This document shows, in pieces, positions 20,626 through 30,494 of a stretch of DNA of 64,000 nucleotides (position 1 is its first letter; each line of letters begins with the position of its first letter). The stretch is from NCBI GenBank assembly GCA_963744145.1, contig CAVUSO010000001.1, positions 5,376,001-5,440,000 of the forward strand, in the 5' to 3' direction. Made by a program: the position numbers and the translations under genes. The stretch comes from an uncultured cyanobacterium. GTDB taxonomy: Bacteria > Cyanobacteriota > Cyanobacteriia > Cyanobacteriales > CAWUOF01. The notes beneath the pieces are model-generated. The model saw only the letters and a list, made by a program, of their open reading frames with translations. It ran no database searches and was not told the origin of the DNA.

Positions 20626-21414
20626 ATGACAAAATGTCGAAAACCAATCAAAACTAACATCTGGGTCAAGATTTCAGTGCATTTGCATATTTTTCTGATC
20701 TATATGATTGGTTACTCAGCTAATCGACTCGGTATTCTGGATGCTAACTTATCTAAGGTATTTCCGCTCAACCTAGAAATAGTTAGTAGTGCTGTTGCGT
20801 CCTCAGTACCAGGAGATCATCTCACTGATGACCCAGCGTGGCAAGATCAAGTCCAATATGAAGTTTTCCTAACTCAAAATAAAAAATATAATGCTTGCTT
20901 GTTTGGAGACTCTATCTCTTTTACACTTGGTAATAACTTGGGAGATCATAATTTCAACTTTGCCCTCCCATCAGCGATGAGTACCGTTTCTCTAATTGAA
21001 CAACTCAAAATCTTAAATAATGGTAACTTAAAATGTGATCATGCGATTATTGCGATCGGCACCAATGATGCTGCTGATGCGATCGAAGATCAGCAATTTA
21101 TCAGCAATATGCAGAATGTAATTAGCCAAGTAAGACAGATGGGGGCAAATCGAATCACTCTGATTCCAGCTTTTTACTCAACTTTAGCAGCAATCAACAA
21201 CCATCAAGCCGGAACCATCAGTAGAGTAGAACAAATTAACACTTTGATTGGTTATATAGCAGCCAAGGAAAAGGTAAAAGTTGCCGCAGCAGTAATTCAA
21301 CCTTTATTTACTCAACAAACATTAAATCCAAATTTCACTATAGATGGATTTAATCTAAATGTAGATGGTCGAAAAATCTATCGAGCATCCTTATTAAACA
21401 TGATCGCAGAGTGA
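20626..21414 (+). CDS. SGNH/GDSL hydrolase-like protein, paralogue 2 (catalytic His absent)
   Basis: FGDSI and IGTND present, but DGFN replaces DGVH. Confidence 0.8.
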   Translation: MTKCRKPIKTNIWVKISVHLHIFLIYMIGYSANRLGILDANLSKVFPLNLEIVSSAVASSVPGDHLTDDPAWQDQVQYEVFLTQNKKYNACLFGDSISFTLGNNLGDHNFNFALPSAMSTVSLIEQLKILNNGNLKCDHAIIAIGTNDAADAIEDQQFISNMQNVISQVRQMGANRITLIPAFYSTLAAINNHQAGTISRVEQINTLIGYIAAKEKVKVAAAVIQPLFTQQTLNPNFTIDGFNLNVDGRKIYRASLLNMIAE

Positions 21415-21466
21415 GCAAATTAGAGTCAGAATGAAAAGATGATATTAAACCTAGTAAGATAGAACT

Positions 21467-22186
21467 ATGAAAAGAAAACTTTTAGCGATCGCTCTGAGTC
21501 CGGTACTAATATCTTCATTAGTTACCCCAGTTAAAGCTGCAAATAGGCTCGAACTTAAACAATCACGAGAAATATTAGTCGCACATCTATCTCTCATTGA
21601 GACTCCTTGGTGGCAAGATGAAGTCAAATATCAAGTTTTTCTGACTCAAAATCAACAATTAAATGCCTGTTTATTTGGAGACTCTCTTTCTTCCTGGTTA
21701 TGGAATACCCTGGGAAAGAATAATTTTAATTTTTCCTTATCGGAAATGAGTACCATTTCTCTTACTGAACAACTAAAAATATTACATAACGCTAAGGTAA
21801 GATGCAATCACGCGATCATTGCGATCGGCACCAATGATGCTTCTTATCCGACGATGACAGGTGAACAATTTTTCCTGAATCTGAAAAATATTATCATGCA
21901 AGTGAGGAGTATGGGGGCAACCCGAATCACTCTAATTCCAGCTTTTTACTCAACCTTAGCAGCAATCAACAAGCATTATGCAGGAACAGTTGCCAGAATA
22001 GAAGAAATGAACTATCTGATTCGTCTGATCGGAGTCAGTGAAAATGTCATAGTTGCCGAAACAGCAATTCAACCCTTATTTACCCAACAATCATTAAAAT
22101 CAAATTTCACACTTGATGGAGTTCATCTCAATGCTGATGGGAAAAAACTCTATCGAGAATCCTTGTTAAAAATTATTGGGGAATAA
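21467..22186 (+). CDS. SGNH/GDSL hydrolase, paralogue 3 (signal peptide)
   Basis: FGDSL, IGTND, DGVH; N-terminus resembles that of the downstream pentapeptide protein. Confidence 0.85.
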   Translation: MKRKLLAIALSPVLISSLVTPVKAANRLELKQSREILVAHLSLIETPWWQDEVKYQVFLTQNQQLNACLFGDSLSSWLWNTLGKNNFNFSLSEMSTISLTEQLKILHNAKVRCNHAIIAIGTNDASYPTMTGEQFFLNLKNIIMQVRSMGATRITLIPAFYSTLAAINKHYAGTVARIEEMNYLIRLIGVSENVIVAETAIQPLFTQQSLKSNFTLDGVHLNADGKKLYRESLLKIIGE

Positions 22187-22237
22187 GCAAATTTGGGGAA
22201 GAGTAGAATAGTCTTAAATCTAGTAATATGTAGGTAT

Positions 22238-23357
22238 ATGCAAAGAAAATTTTTAGCGATCGCTGCTAGTTCAGTCCTAATCTGCTGGTTAGCTACCCCA
22301 GCTCAAGGAGCAAATAGTCTCCAGGTTAAACAGTTACGGGATACCAATAAATGTCCAAGATGTGATTTAAGTAGTGCCCATCTGGGTGGACTGGATCTGA
22401 GTGGAGCAGATTTAACCGAAGCTAATCTAAGTGATGCTGATTTAGTAGGAACTAATTTAACCGGTGCTAAACTATGGAATGCTAACTTAGTCAAAGCTGA
22501 TTTAAGAGGTGCTATTTTAGCAGTAGCAAATTTAGAAAGAGCTCAACTAGGAAGTGCCAAATTCTGGGGTGCTGATCTGAGAGGAATTAACCTCAATTAC
22601 GCTAAATTAGGAAGAGCGAACCTTAAGGGTGTCGATCTCAGAGAAGCGAAATTAATTAATGCTAAGTTAACTTTTACTAATTTAATCGAAGCTAACCTCA
22701 AAGGTGCCCAGCTAAATGCGGCTGATTTAAGTAATGCTAACCTGAATATGGCTGACTTAGAAAGTACCGATTTGGATGGTGCTAATCTCACTGGTGCAGA
22801 TTTAAGACAAACTTATTTAGGTGATAGTAATTTACGTGGTGCCACTCTGATCGGTGCCAAACTTCAGGGTGCAACTTTAGTAGCAGCTAGTTTAGCTTCA
22901 ACTAAGTTAAATTTAGCAGATTCTGAGTTTAGCAAAATTAGCAGATGCGAATCTCAGTGGTGCTGATTTAACTGGAGCAAATTTAGCAAATGCAGACTTA
23001 AGAAAAGCGATTTTAAGTAAAGCCAATCTCACGGGGGCTAATTTGACTGGTGCTAAACTTATTAAGGCTTATTTATATACGGCTAATTTATTGACAGCAA
23101 ACTTAAATAAAGCCGATCTCAGTGGTGCTAATTTAACTCAAGCAATTTTGAAATTAGCAAACTTAAAAGGTGCAAATTTAGCAGGTGCTGATTTAACTCA
23201 GGCTGATTTAACTCAAGCAAATTTAAGGTTAGCTAATTTAAACGAAGCTAATCTCACTAATGCTAATCTAACCAATGCTAATTTGAGGGATACGGATTTT
23301 ACCTCAACTAACTTAACTGGTACTAATGTCACTGGGACACTTTTAAGCGATCGCTAG
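22238..23357 (+). CDS. Exported pentapeptide-repeat protein, split by a +1 frameshift near 22921
   Basis: Signal peptide, CPRCDL, A(D/N)Lxx repeats; removing one T in GATTCTG gives continuous ...LADLSLAKLADANLSGA into the 23043-23357 frame. Confidence 0.85.
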
Positions 23358-23503
23358 TTTTCCCAGATTGATTGAGACTAACAAGCAGCGATTATCCGGA
23401 CAGAAAGAGGACTTCAGCAATTAAATCCTGTGGGACAACAGACGGAGTAAAAATTATGGGTAAGTTGGCAAAACGCGAGATTAGTTAATTCTAAACCTGA
23501 TTT

Positions 23504-23779
23504 ATGGAATTTGAATGGAATCCAGATAAAGCAACGCGAAACTTTGAGAAGCATGCTGTTTCATTTCAGGAAGCAGCAACTGTATTTAATGACCCCCTAT
23601 CTGTCACATTTCTCGATCCTCAGCATTCCATCAGAGAGCATCGCTATGTTATAATTGGCAGATCTGTTTTTGGGCAACTTTTAATTGTTGCACATACTGA
23701 TCGAAAAGAAAAAATACGAATTATCAGCGCCCGAAAAGCTACTCGCCAAGAGCAGAGGTTTTATGAAGAAGGATATTGA
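23504..23779 (+). CDS. BrnT-family toxin
   Basis: MEFEWNPDKA..NFEKHAVSF..A, RIISARKAT. Confidence 0.9.
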   Translation: MEFEWNPDKATRNFEKHAVSFQEAATVFNDPLSVTFLDPQHSIREHRYVIIGRSVFGQLLIVAHTDRKEKIRIISARKATRQEQRFYEEGY

Positions 23780-24008
23780 GAACGAAATGGAAGATGAATT
23801 ACTTTCTGAGTATAACTTTGCTCAGATGTCAGGAGGTGTTAGAGGTAAGTATGTTGAACGATATCGTGCAGGGACAAACTTAGTGCTTTTAGATCCCGAT
23901 GTTGCCCAAGCTTTTCCCAATGAGACAGCAGTAAATGACGCACTGAGGATGTTAATCCAGATTGCACAGCGTCAACAATTAAATCCTGTGGTGCAACAGA
24001 CGGAATAA
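23763..24008 (+). CDS. BrnA-like antitoxin
   Basis: Overlaps the toxin 3' end; VRGKY..LLDPDVAQAF..AVNDALR; start placed at ATG 23763. Confidence 0.75.
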   Translation: MKKDIENEMEDELLSEYNFAQMSGGVRGKYVERYRAGTNLVLLDPDVAQAFPNETAVNDALRMLIQIAQRQQLNPVVQQTE

Positions 24009-24024
24009 AAATTATCAGTGAGAT

Positions 24025-24053
24025 GCGTAGGTGTAGCCAGCCGCAGGCATCGC
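24025..24053. mobile_element. 21-nt insertion within a HIP1 site (SDR5-like)
   Basis: GCG + TAGGTGTAGCCAGCCGCAGGC (21 nt) + ATCGC. Confidence 0.6.
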
Positions 24054-24115
24054 AATTCCGGGACTTCCGAATAATCAGGTAGTAATATAGAGATAATTTC
24101 TAGAAGGCAATAAAT

Positions 24116-24490
24116 ATGACAACCCTAACCAACGAACAAACAGCGATTATCCGGACAGAAAGAGGACTGGCGATCGCAGGTACACGCATCACGATCTACG
24201 ACATTATGGACTATGTGACGGCTCAATATCCGCCGAAGTTTATCAGGGGATTATTTGACCTGACAGAGGAACAAATTAACGCGGCTTTAGCTTATATTGA
24301 TGTCAATCGTGCCAGTGTTGAAGCCGAGTATCAAATGGTTCTTAAGGAAGCAGAAGAACTGCGACTGTACTATGAAGAAAAAAATCGCGATCTCATTGCT
24401 CGACTTGCAGCCCAACCACCACAACCAGGAACCGAAGCTGCATGGGAAAAACTGCGAGCAGCCAAGGCAAAACGTGAGGCTAAAGCATGA
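24116..24490 (+). CDS. DUF433 antitoxin-like protein
   Basis: IAGTRITIYDIM...LTEEQINAALAY. Confidence 0.88.
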   Translation: MTTLTNEQTAIIRTERGLAIAGTRITIYDIMDYVTAQYPPKFIRGLFDLTEEQINAALAYIDVNRASVEAEYQMVLKEAEELRLYYEEKNRDLIARLAAQPPQPGTEAAWEKLRAAKAKREAKA

Positions 24491-24883
24491 TTTTTTTTGA
24501 TCGATCATAATCTCAATGGACAGGCCCTAATTTTCTTTGGCTCTATTGCTAATCAAGGTTGGCTTGATATCATTCCAATTCGTTTTGTTACCTTTGCACA
24601 AATGGAATTGCCAATCAATAGCGATGACAGAGTAGTTTGGCGACTTGCTCAAGCAAATCAAATGATTTTACTTACAGCTAGTCGCAGTATGAAAGGTAAG
24701 GATTCTTTAGAACAAATAATGCGCGAAGAAAATACTCCTAATTCATTACCTGTGATTACTATTGGAAACGCGGATCGATTACTGAATGATTCGGAATATC
24801 GAGAACGTTGTGTGGAAAGTCTAATTGAGATTGTGCTTAATATTAATAGCTATATAGGTGTAAGTAGGCTTTTGATCCCATAA
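24487..24883 (+). CDS. DUF5615 PIN-like protein (partner of DUF433); one extra T in the T8 run just after the ATG
   Basis: ATGA overlap at 24487; a T7 run would give MIFLIDHNL; DDRVVWRLAQANQMILLT. Confidence 0.75.
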
Positions 24884-25167
24884 TGTGGGGTCGGGAGATT
24901 GTAGAAATAGTGCGATCGCCCTCAGTTTTTATGAGAACCGCAAAGATGCAGAGGGAAAGATAATTGTAAATTTTTGAGGCGATCGCACTTTACTTTTTTC
25001 CGGGTTCTGAAGTGAGAGGAGAGATGAATTTATGGAAGCAATCTTAACCCCGATTTGGTTTTAGCGATCGCCATAATTGACTATCCAGTTTCTAGCGATC
25101 GCAATTTTCATCTCCAAATAAGGATTAATTAGTTAAACTAGAGGGATCAAAATGGAGGAAACGCCGG

Positions 25168-25989
25168 ATGGTACAAAAATTACCAACCCCAACTCAACCA
25201 GAGGTCATTTACCCGGATGATGATGGTCTACCCATGTCAAATAATACTGAACAATTTCGTTGGATCGTCATTATTAAAGAAAATTTAGAGCTGTTATTTG
25301 CTAAATCGACGGAAGTATTTGTCGCGGGAGACTTGCTCTGGTATCCGGTAGAAGGAGATAACACAATTCGTCAAGCACCAGATGTGATGGTTGTGTTTGG
25401 CAGACCAAAAGGAAGAAGAGGTTCCTATCAACAATGGTTAGAAAATCACATCGTACCCCAGGTGGTATTTGAAATTTTATCTCCAGGAAATCGCCGACTA
25501 GAGATGGCCAAAAAGTTCGAGTTTTATGACCAGTATGGAGTGGAGGAATATTATATTTATGATCCTCAGAAGGTAAAATTAACAGGATTAATTCGTACTC
25601 AAACCAAATTAGCAGCAATCAGAGAAATGAATGGTTGGGTCAGTCCGCGATTGGGGATCAGGTTTGAGTTAACATCAGATACCTTGGTAATTAGGCGTCC
25701 GGATGGGGGGCGATTTCTGAGTACCTTAGAATTAGATGCGGTTCGAGAACAGGAATATCTGCGGGCCGAACAGGAACGTCTTCGTGCTGAACAGGAACAT
25801 CTTCATGCCCAACAGGAACGTCAACGCGCTCAAGAACAGACCCAATTAGCTGAACAAGAGCGTTTGCGGGCCGAACAGGAACGTCTGAGGGCTGAACAAG
25901 AACGTCTTCGTGCTGATCAAAATTATCAACAATATCAAGATTTGTTACAAAAATTGCAAGAAAAAGGAATTAATCCCGAACAATTATAA
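25168..25989 (+). CDS. Uma2-family endonuclease with C-terminal coiled-coil repeats
   Basis: YPDDDGLPM, APDVMVVFGRPKG, VVFEILSPGN, GVEEYYIYDP; EQERLRA repeats. Confidence 0.9.
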   Translation: MVQKLPTPTQPEVIYPDDDGLPMSNNTEQFRWIVIIKENLELLFAKSTEVFVAGDLLWYPVEGDNTIRQAPDVMVVFGRPKGRRGSYQQWLENHIVPQVVFEILSPGNRRLEMAKKFEFYDQYGVEEYYIYDPQKVKLTGLIRTQTKLAAIREMNGWVSPRLGIRFELTSDTLVIRRPDGGRFLSTLELDAVREQEYLRAEQERLRAEQEHLHAQQERQRAQEQTQLAEQERLRAEQERLRAEQERLRADQNYQQYQDLLQKLQEKGINPEQL

Positions 25990-26205
25990 GCTATTAGCGC
26001 GATCGCTTCTTAGCTATTTAGATCAGGCGCGATCGCACTTTAAATGGATGAGCGCTAGGTTTTGATTAGCCTCAGAACCAACAGCGATTATCCGGATAGA
26101 AAAAGGACTCGCGATCGCCATGTGATTACCAACAAATATACAGTGTTCTAACTACTATAATTTACCTGTTTGACTGAAAATTAATCTAAAGGTTAGGACA
26201 TCCTC

Positions 26206-26520
26206 TTAGGAAGACTTATTATTAATTAACTTTTTATCAAATTCAATAATATCAGCAATAGCTTCTAAATTATCAACTCTAGTTTGTAAAGTTTTAAATT
26301 TTTGATCGTTTTCTAGGTTTTTAGAATTTCCAAAAAACCAAATAGATGCAGTGCTTATAGCAACAGAAATAAGCACTGCAAAAGGCAGCCAAATGCCATT
26401 TTCTGTAAGAGCTAGGATTGGCACACAAGCTAAGAGTAAAAAAATCGATAAAACCCAAATCCAAATAGTTGCTACTAGACGAATATCTTTTTTTTGTTCG
26501 CCATACTCTAACTTAGCCAT
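26206..26520 (-). CDS. Small two-TM hypothetical protein with C-terminal coiled coil
   Basis: Two hydrophobic helices, then LQTRVDNLEAI. Confidence 0.7.
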   Translation of the reverse strand: MAKLEYGEQKKDIRLVATIWIWVLSIFLLLACVPILALTENGIWLPFAVLISVAISTASIWFFGNSKNLENDQKFKTLQTRVDNLEAIADIIEFDKKLINNKSS

Positions 26521-26565
26521 CAGATTTTACCTTTTCTACTGTATGAACTCAAGTGCTTGCTATTC

Positions 26566-27117
26566 CTAGTTAGAAGAATAAAGCGAAGTAGCAGTTTCCT
26601 GTGATGAAATATTAGGTTTCTGTGATTCTTTAAAAGGATTAATCCAGTCCCAAGCGTTCTTGGCAACAAAACCAACACCAACAGCAGTTGCTACAGGAAC
26701 CGCAGCTGAGACTGCTAATCCAGCAACCATTCCACCACCTACAATGCTACCAATTGCCGCTAAACCCGAAGTTACTCCAGCAGCACTTAGTCCAATTACT
26801 GAACCCGTACCTGAAACTGCTGTAATCGTAGCCATAGCTCCACCTACAGCTCCACCTACAGCTCCAATTCCAGCAGCTATAAGGTTACTATTGTCCGTTA
26901 CAGGAGGATCAACGTGTTTAACTGGTGTGGAAGAATTATTAATAGTCACATTAGTCACATTAACTTGCGTACATTCCGTGTGACTCATTTTGTCAGAAGA
27001 ACAGTTAAGAGTTTCAGCCCAAGCATCGCTATAGGGTAAGGTAAACTGAATAGTTACCAAAAATATAGTCAGAGTCATAACTGCAACTAACCGATGCCAA
27101 AAGCTTTTTGATTGCAT
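26566..27117 (-). CDS. Exported or membrane protein with Gly/Ala-rich glycine-zipper segments
   Basis: Signal-like N-terminus; GIGAVGGAVGG, GLAAIGSIVGGGMVAG. Confidence 0.7.
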   Translation of the reverse strand: MQSKSFWHRLVAVMTLTIFLVTIQFTLPYSDAWAETLNCSSDKMSHTECTQVNVTNVTINNSSTPVKHVDPPVTDNSNLIAAGIGAVGGAVGGAMATITAVSGTGSVIGLSAAGVTSGLAAIGSIVGGGMVAGLAVSAAVPVATAVGVGFVAKNAWDWINPFKESQKPNISSQETATSLYSSN

Positions 27118-27241
27118 AACTTTTTCCTGTTATTTGCTAATACGAATTACTTAGTTTACTGATAATTTTATTATATAAAATTTAGTTTTGACAACTCAAA
27201 ATAGTCTGATTTAGTACCCAATTTTTTTTAAATCCTAAACC

Positions 27242-27298
27242 AATTTAGTAGAATTTGGTAGAATTTGGTTGACAAGATAGGATTTGGTAGGATATAGT
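27242..27298 (+). promoter_or_regulatory. Promoter TTGACA-N18-TATAGT overlapped by four direct repeats of consensus ATTTGGTAG
   Basis: Repeats at 27242, 27252, 27262 and 27281. Confidence 0.5.
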
Positions 27299-27325
27299 TC
27301 AATAAATCTCACTCAACGCTGACCC

Positions 27326-28708
27326 ATGAATATTGAAGATATTTTACAATGGGCTGACAATTTGATTGTTGAAAAAACGGGAGAAAATCTCACACCCATA
27401 CATGAAGCAATACTAACGGGTGTTTGGCAAAGACAAAAATATTCTCAAATTGCTCAAGATTTCCATTGTAGTGAATCTCACATTAAAAAAGAAGCGGCTA
27501 AGTTATGGGAAAAGCTGGGTGAGGAATTAGGAGAAGATCTCAATAAATATAATTTTCTTTCCAAGTTAGAGAAAAAGCATAGGGTTTCGCAAGGATCTAA
27601 TTTTGGTTACTGCGTACAAATTAATGAGGGAAGTATTAATATTTGTGGTGAATGTTTACATTCTTTGAACAATTTACAAACGCGATCGCCCTCTCCCCCT
27701 GATTCTCCCCAAACCAAAAATGAATTTCCGCTCATCGATTTAACAGAAGCACCCGAATTAAATTGCCATGCCGATCGCACCTCAGAACTCTCCACCCTCA
27801 AACAATGGATTTTACAACACACTCGTCTAATTACTATCTACGGTTTAAGTGGAATTGGCAAAAGCGCGATCGCTCTCAAACTGATCGAACAAATCCAAAC
27901 TGAATTTGATTATATCATCTGGCAAAGTCTCAATAACACACCTACCCTTTTAACTCTCCAAACCAAACTCAAACAATTTTTTTCCCAATCCCAACCAACT
28001 CCATTACCCACATTTATCGATTATTTTCGCACCTCACGCTGTTTAGTAATTCTTGATGATTTGCAAAACATCTTTAAATCTGGTGAATTAGCTGGTCAAT
28101 ATTTAACGGACTATGAAGACTATGGCAAATTTTTTCAACAAATTGCCACATCATCTCACCCAAGTTGTTTAATTCTCCTCAGTTGGGAAAAACCCAGAGA
28201 AATTACTGCTTTAGAAGCAGTGAACAGTTCCACCCAAACTTTACAGCTCAAAGGTTTAGGGGAACAATCCACAGAAATTTTAGCGAGAAAAGGATTAACA
28301 GATCAGGAAAAATGGTCAGAATTAATTACTCTTTATCAAGGTCATCCTTTCTGGCTAAATATCATCGCTGCCACAATTTGGGAATTATTTGATGGGAGTG
28401 TATCTCTATTTTTAGCCGATGGAACTGATTTATTTTTAGGTGATTTATCACCAATTTTAGCAGCTCAATTAGAGCGGTTATCAACATCAGAAAAACAGGC
28501 GCTGTACTGGTTAGCTAGTCAAATTGAATCTATCGATATTTCTCAAAAATTTGCTGATTGCAATTTATCCAAACCTGAATTATGGTCAGCTATCCAATCT
28601 TTATCCAGACGTAGTTTAGTTGAAAAAGTGTCAGGAGAAGGGCGATCGATGTTTCACGTTAATTCCGTATTCAAAGCCTATATTCAGTCCCAAATAAATC
28701 TGATCTAA
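27326..28708 (+). CDS. N-terminal HTH-like domain + NB-ARC (STAND) NTPase, no C-terminal repeat domain
   Basis: Walker A GLSGIGKS, Walker B LVILDDL, GHPFWL; N-terminus of the type found on cyanobacterial NB-ARC-WD40 proteins. Confidence 0.85.
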   Translation: MNIEDILQWADNLIVEKTGENLTPIHEAILTGVWQRQKYSQIAQDFHCSESHIKKEAAKLWEKLGEELGEDLNKYNFLSKLEKKHRVSQGSNFGYCVQINEGSINICGECLHSLNNLQTRSPSPPDSPQTKNEFPLIDLTEAPELNCHADRTSELSTLKQWILQHTRLITIYGLSGIGKSAIALKLIEQIQTEFDYIIWQSLNNTPTLLTLQTKLKQFFSQSQPTPLPTFIDYFRTSRCLVILDDLQNIFKSGELAGQYLTDYEDYGKFFQQIATSSHPSCLILLSWEKPREITALEAVNSSTQTLQLKGLGEQSTEILARKGLTDQEKWSELITLYQGHPFWLNIIAATIWELFDGSVSLFLADGTDLFLGDLSPILAAQLERLSTSEKQALYWLASQIESIDISQKFADCNLSKPELWSAIQSLSRRSLVEKVSGEGRSMFHVNSVFKAYIQSQINLI

Positions 28709-28767
28709 CCTCTGGATAGTTGCACGACATTGAAAAGCAATTAAACTATAGAATTACTTTTTTCAAT

Positions 28768-29352
28768 TTATGACATCAACAATTTCATCAAATCATTCAC
28801 GGCATCATATTGATCAGACATCCGCGAATAAAATTCGATCAATCTCAAATCTAACTCTGGCAAAAGTTCACTCTTACTTACCAATTCATATCCGGTAGAA
28901 CGCAAACAATAAACTGAAATCACTCCATCTTCCCAGAACCAAACTTCCCCTACTCCCACTCGTCGATAAATTTCTAGTGTATCAATTCCACCACTAGTTA
29001 CTACTATCTCGATCGCCAAATCTGGAATTGACTTCTTTCTATCCAAACAATAAGACTCATCAGGTTCTTTCCTTGCCCCCAATTCCTTCATTCCAATCGT
29101 TGTACTACCACTTGCATAAAAACGAATGTTTTTTATTCGCATATATATTTCTAAAAGCTGACATAAAGTCTTTTTTGGTTCTTCATGAGCATCAGATAAG
29201 GGAGCCATAATTTCTAAATATCCATCTAAATAAGTTAAACGTGCGCCTGTTTTTGCTAACTCTACATCCAGCTTTTCCAAAGTCTCCCAGGTCAGATTTG
29301 ACAGTAATGCTCCACTTTGACCTAATTCTATTTGAGAAGTTGCAATAACCAT
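28768..29352 (-). CDS. Uma2-family endonuclease
   Basis: RLTYLDGYLEIMAP, EPDESY, PDLAIEIVVTSG. Confidence 0.9.
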   Translation of the reverse strand: MVIATSQIELGQSGALLSNLTWETLEKLDVELAKTGARLTYLDGYLEIMAPLSDAHEEPKKTLCQLLEIYMRIKNIRFYASGSTTIGMKELGARKEPDESYCLDRKKSIPDLAIEIVVTSGGIDTLEIYRRVGVGEVWFWEDGVISVYCLRSTGYELVSKSELLPELDLRLIEFYSRMSDQYDAVNDLMKLLMS

Positions 29353-29472
29353 CTGATTTACCGTTGATAATCATTTTTTCAGTATAGCTAATTTTTGGTA
29401 CGATCGCACATCTTAACCCCAAATAAGGATTAATTAGTTAAACTAGAGTAATCAAAATAGAGGAAACGCAGG

Positions 29473-30000
29473 ATGGTACAAAAATTACCAACCCCAACTC
29501 AACCAGAGGTCATTTACCCGGATGATGATGGTCTACCCATGTCAAATCATACTGAACAATTTCGTTGGATCGTCATTATTAAGGAAAATTTAGAGCTGTT
29601 ATTTGCTAAATCGACGGAAGTATTTGTCGCGGGAGACTTGCTCTGGTATCCGGTAGAAGGAGATAACACAATTCGTCAAGCACCAGATGTGATGGTCGTG
29701 TTTGGGAGACCAAAAGGAAGAAGAGGTTCCTATCAACAATGGTTAGAAAATCACATCGTGCCCCAGGTGGTATTTGAAATTTTATCTCCAGGAAATCGCC
29801 GACTAGAGATGGTCAATCGCGCTGATGTTGAAGCTGAGTATCAAATCGTGCTTAAGGAAGCTGAAGAACTGCGGCTGTATTATGAAAAAAAGAATCGCGA
29901 TTTGATTGCGAGAATTGCGGCGCAATCACCACAACCAGGAACCGAGGCTGCATGGGAAAAACTGCGAGCAGCTAAGGCTAAGTTTAAGTCTGAACTATAG
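29473..30000 (+). pseudogene. In-frame chimera of a Uma2 N-terminal half and a DUF433 C-terminal helix
   Basis: 29473-29811 near-identical to 25168-25506; about 29812-29980 resembles about 24303-24470. Confidence 0.8.
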
Positions 30001-30053
30001 TTTTTTATCCCAAAGTATGATAGAGTTAGTGTGTCAAAAAATAATTAAATACT

Positions 30054-30494
30054 ATGACTATTGAAAATCTGGAAGCTGAGGTTCTTGCACTTCCACAAGA
30101 CTCTCAAGTAATATTGCTCTCGCGACTCCTAAAACACTTGGGACAAAGTAGGGAAATTGATCCAGAAGTTGCATCTAGCTGGGGTGAGGAAGCCCAAAGA
30201 CGCGATCGCGAAATGGATAGTGGTGAAGTTACTGGCATTCCGGCTGAACAAGTCTTTGATAAACGGGGTAAAGAACTTTATGAAAATGTGATCCGCGCTC
30301 AAGTAGAAACACCGGAGAATATTGGCAAGATTGTTTCAATTAATGTGGAGACGGGTGAATATGAAATTGGTGAAGACTTGGTAGTAACGAGTCGCAAATT
30401 ACAGGCTAAACAGGCTAATGCAATAATTTGGGCGGAACGGATTGGTTTTGATGCGGTTTATGCTGTTGGTGGTACATTGGTCAGGACTGCATAA
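30054..30494 (+). CDS. Apparent fusion of an addiction-module antitoxin-like N-part and a DUF5678-like C-part
   Basis: EVLALP..W.EEAQRR..EMDSGEVTGIPAEQVF joined to GKELYE..GKIVSINVETGEY. Confidence 0.6.
   Translation: MTIENLEAEVLALPQDSQVILLSRLLKHLGQSREIDPEVASSWGEEAQRRDREMDSGEVTGIPAEQVFDKRGKELYENVIRAQVETPENIGKIVSINVETGEYEIGEDLVVTSRKLQAKQANAIIWAERIGFDAVYAVGGTLVRTA

Noticed and set aside
27590..27650. RHIM-like stretch (NFGYCVQINEGSINI) in the HTH-NB-ARC linker
   Set aside because: It is internal, and no convincing matching motif exists in an adjacent gene (TQVNVTNVTIN in 26566-27117 is only compositionally similar).
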